From the NCBI GenBank assembly GCA_034408725.1, contig JAWXCN010000114.1, positions 1-28,600 of the forward strand: a stretch of DNA of 28,600 nt, written 5' to 3'. A program made the translations under genes and the position numbers. This document shows positions 26,275 through 28,600 of the stretch, in pieces. The notes under the pieces were generated by a model. The model made no database searches. It worked only from the letters and a program-made list of their open reading frames with translations, and had not been told where the DNA came from. Position 1 is the first letter of the stretch. Every line of letters starts with the position of its first letter. Source of the stretch: Candidatus Hydrogenedentota bacterium (GTDB lineage: Bacteria; Hydrogenedentota; Hydrogenedentia; Hydrogenedentales; SLHB01).

Positions 26275-26757
26275 ATGAACGATGCATTGAGCAAAGCGCT
26301 TGAACCGCGAATCGAAACTGGGCGGACGCTTCTCATCGCGGGCATGAATGAGCATTATACGATGTCTACGCGACTTGGGATTCCCGCCCAATGGACGCGG
26401 TTTGGGCCGCATATAGGCAAAGTGCCCGGACAGGCCGGCGGGGTCAGCTACGGTGTATGCTGGAATTTCGATGCGGAGTGCGGTTTCGATTATCTGTCGG
26501 GCGTTGAAGTTTCAGGGTTATCAGGGCTGCCCGAAGATTTCTGCAACATAATGGTTCCCGCTGCGAAATATGCAGTGTTCACGCACCAGGGCGATGTGTC
26601 CGCGATCCCGGAGACAATTCAGCGTATCTGGAGCGAGTGGGCCCCGCGATCGGGCCGGGAAATTGCGCAGACTCCGAGCTTCGAGCGATACGGCGAGAAT
26701 TTTGACGCAAAAGCGGGAGCCGGCGACGTCGAGATTTGGATTCCGGTTAAGACGTGA
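26275..26757 (+). CDS. GyrI-like effector-binding protein
   Basis: IPAQWTRF, FDYLSGVEV, YAVFTHQG, FERYGENFD, VEIWIPV. Confidence 0.88.
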   Translation: MNDALSKALEPRIETGRTLLIAGMNEHYTMSTRLGIPAQWTRFGPHIGKVPGQAGGVSYGVCWNFDAECGFDYLSGVEVSGLSGLPEDFCNIMVPAAKYAVFTHQGDVSAIPETIQRIWSEWAPRSGREIAQTPSFERYGENFDAKAGAGDVEIWIPVKT

Positions 26758-26848
26758 CGTGTAATTAAGATCGAGGACGATTGCGTGCGCGAGGCAAATT
26801 GCGTAAACGTTCGACAACCATTTCATCAACGATAGGAGTTTGAAGGCC

Positions 26849-27259
26849 ATGAGCTCAGATAACAACAGGACATCTCAATACCTTCTCTTGTTCCGCGGCA
26901 GCCACTGGGAGGCCGGGCTTTCACCGGACCAGCTTCAAGAGATCATGGGACGCTGGTCCGCATGGTTCGAAGGGTTGGAGAAATCAGGAAAGCTCAAAGG
27001 CGCGCAACCGTTGTTGCCCGAGGGTAAAATTGTTTCCGGTAAAAACGGCAAATCGATCGCCGACGGACCGTTCGCGGAATCGAAGGAAGTGATCTCGGGT
27101 TATTTTCTGGTTGAAGTTGACAGCCTGGAAGATGCGCTCGAATTCGCGAAGACCAGCCCACTGCTTGAATACGGCATGACGGTCGAAGTCCGTCCAGTGG
27201 CCGTGCAATGTCCGACGATGCAGCGCGTTAGCGAACAGATGGCACACGCTTCCGCGTAG
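26849..27259 (+). CDS. YciI/DGPF-family protein (second paralog)
   Basis: DGPFAESKEVISGYF, VEVRP. ATG 26849 after GGAG. Confidence 0.9.
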   Translation: MSSDNNRTSQYLLLFRGSHWEAGLSPDQLQEIMGRWSAWFEGLEKSGKLKGAQPLLPEGKIVSGKNGKSIADGPFAESKEVISGYFLVEVDSLEDALEFAKTSPLLEYGMTVEVRPVAVQCPTMQRVSEQMAHASA

Positions 27260-27263
27260 TCCC

Positions 27264-28583
27264 ATGCGCGCCGGAGTATCGGACAATCCACCGCCGGCCG
27301 GGGATATTTCCCGGCTGGCGGACCGCCTTTTCCGGCAGGAATCTGGGAAGCTCGTGTCGGTGCTTACCCGTATGTTCGGAATCGAGCGGATGCAGCTTGC
27401 CGAAGACGTGGTGCAGGAAGCGTTGATCCGCGCGATGCAGACCTGGCCATACTACGGAATTCCAAAGAATCCCGCGGCGTGGATCACGCAGACCGCTAAA
27501 CACCTCGCGCTGGATGTCATCCGTCGTGAAAAACTGTTTCAGGACAAACAGCCGGGTATCATCGATTCACTGGAAAATTGGTCGCCGGATTCAACCCCGG
27601 CGGACACGGTCCGGTTCGAAAGTGAAATCCAGGACGGCCGGCTCCGCATGATGTTTGCCTGTTGTCATCCATCGATTCCGCATGATGCGCGCGTTGCGCT
27701 GGCGTTGAAACTCCTTTGCGGATTCAGCACCGGCGAAATCGCGACCGCCTTTCTTACATCGGAAGCCGCCATTGCGAAGCGGCTGACCCGCGCCAAACAG
27801 CGCATTCGCGATGCGAAGATTCCGTTCGAGATTCCGGTGGGCGAAGAACTGTCCACGCGGCTGGACGCAGTCGAACAAACGCTGTATCTGCTGTTCAACG
27901 AGGGATACAAAGCGTCAACCGGCGATTCAATTATCAGGGAAGAATTGTGCAGCGAGGCGATTGCGCTAGCCGAATTGTTGGCGGAACATCCCGTGGGCAA
28001 CACGCCGCGCGCGCACGCTTTGATCGCGCTTATGATGCTGAACGCGGCCCGGTTGCCCGCCCGCGTTGATGCGATGGGCAATGTATTACGCCTAAGTGAA
28101 CAAAATCGATCGCGATGGGACAGGTCGCTGATAGCGCGCGGCATGTCGCACTTTGGTCAATCGATCGCGGGCAACAAATTGACCGAGTATCACGTGCAGG
28201 CGGCAATCACCGCATATCACTGCGCCGCGCCAGACTATGAATCGACAGACTGGACGCAGATTCTGTCGTTATACGACCGCTTGCTGGAAATCGATCCGTC
28301 GCCCGTGGTCGAGCTGAACCGCGCGGTGGCGCTCGCGAAAGTTTCCGGGCCCAAGGCCGGAATCGATGCGGTGATGTCCATTCGCGATCGAGCGCAGTTG
28401 GAGTCATACTATTTATTTCACGCCGTGCTCGGCGAGTTCGAGGCGCAGTTGGAAAACGGCGAAGTGGCGGCCCGGCATTACGAAAAAGCGATCGCGCTGA
28501 CCCAGGTGACATCCGAGCAGGAGTTCTTGTCGAAGCGGATTGCGGAATGCGAAGCGCTCGCCGGGAAAGGCGCAAGCGTGTGA
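27264..28583 (+). CDS. ECF42-type sigma-70 factor with DUF6596/TPR C-terminal extension
   Basis: AEDVVQEA, FACCHP, RLTRAK, LYLLFNEGY, YHVQAAI, DWTQILSLYD, LNRAVA. Adjacent to DGPF genes. Confidence 0.92.
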   Translation: MRAGVSDNPPPAGDISRLADRLFRQESGKLVSVLTRMFGIERMQLAEDVVQEALIRAMQTWPYYGIPKNPAAWITQTAKHLALDVIRREKLFQDKQPGIIDSLENWSPDSTPADTVRFESEIQDGRLRMMFACCHPSIPHDARVALALKLLCGFSTGEIATAFLTSEAAIAKRLTRAKQRIRDAKIPFEIPVGEELSTRLDAVEQTLYLLFNEGYKASTGDSIIREELCSEAIALAELLAEHPVGNTPRAHALIALMMLNAARLPARVDAMGNVLRLSEQNRSRWDRSLIARGMSHFGQSIAGNKLTEYHVQAAITAYHCAAPDYESTDWTQILSLYDRLLEIDPSPVVELNRAVALAKVSGPKAGIDAVMSIRDRAQLESYYLFHAVLGEFEAQLENGEVAARHYEKAIALTQVTSEQEFLSKRIAECEALAGKGASV

Positions 28584-28600
28584 GCGCGGGAATATTCCCG

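Noticed and set aside
26786..26815. Second ECF42 promoter before the second DGPF gene
   Set aside because: A -10-like TTCGAC is present but there is no convincing TGTC -35 at the right spacing.
28581..28600. Possible REP start (GAGCGCGGGAATATTCCCG)
   Set aside because: Truncated by the window edge and cannot be confirmed.

Overview
GC-rich bacterial chromosomal segment. The DUF1559/H-X9-DG prepilin-type gene, Tat-exported sulfatase and oxidoreductase, and GGAG-type REP hairpins suggest Candidatus Hydrogenedentes or a PVC-like lineage (inference). Housekeeping and regulatory genes: PocR-AraC regulator, YycJ-like MBL hydrolase, rpoN, initiator tRNA-Met, tpx, uppP, cyclophilin, and an ECF42-type sigma factor with two DGPF/YciI genes. 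Accessory content: several large secreted proteins of unknown function, a GT2 glycosyltransferase fused to a radical-SAM-like region, two PIN toxin modules (one with an unannotated 58-aa partner ORF), and gene remnants (DUF1801-like; a vapB-like tail fused onto a membrane protein). Intergenic regions hold many repeats: at least four REP-like families, an (AAAACCC)8(AAAATGT)3 heptamer tract and a 4x39-bp hairpin array. There is no CRISPR array, transposase or integrase. The most notable signals are the GT2 fusion, the compact rpoN control region (abutting divergent -35 boxes plus an overlapping sigma54 site), the REP arms that enclose variable-length interiors, and the TA relics. Family assignments come from motif recognition, not database searches.
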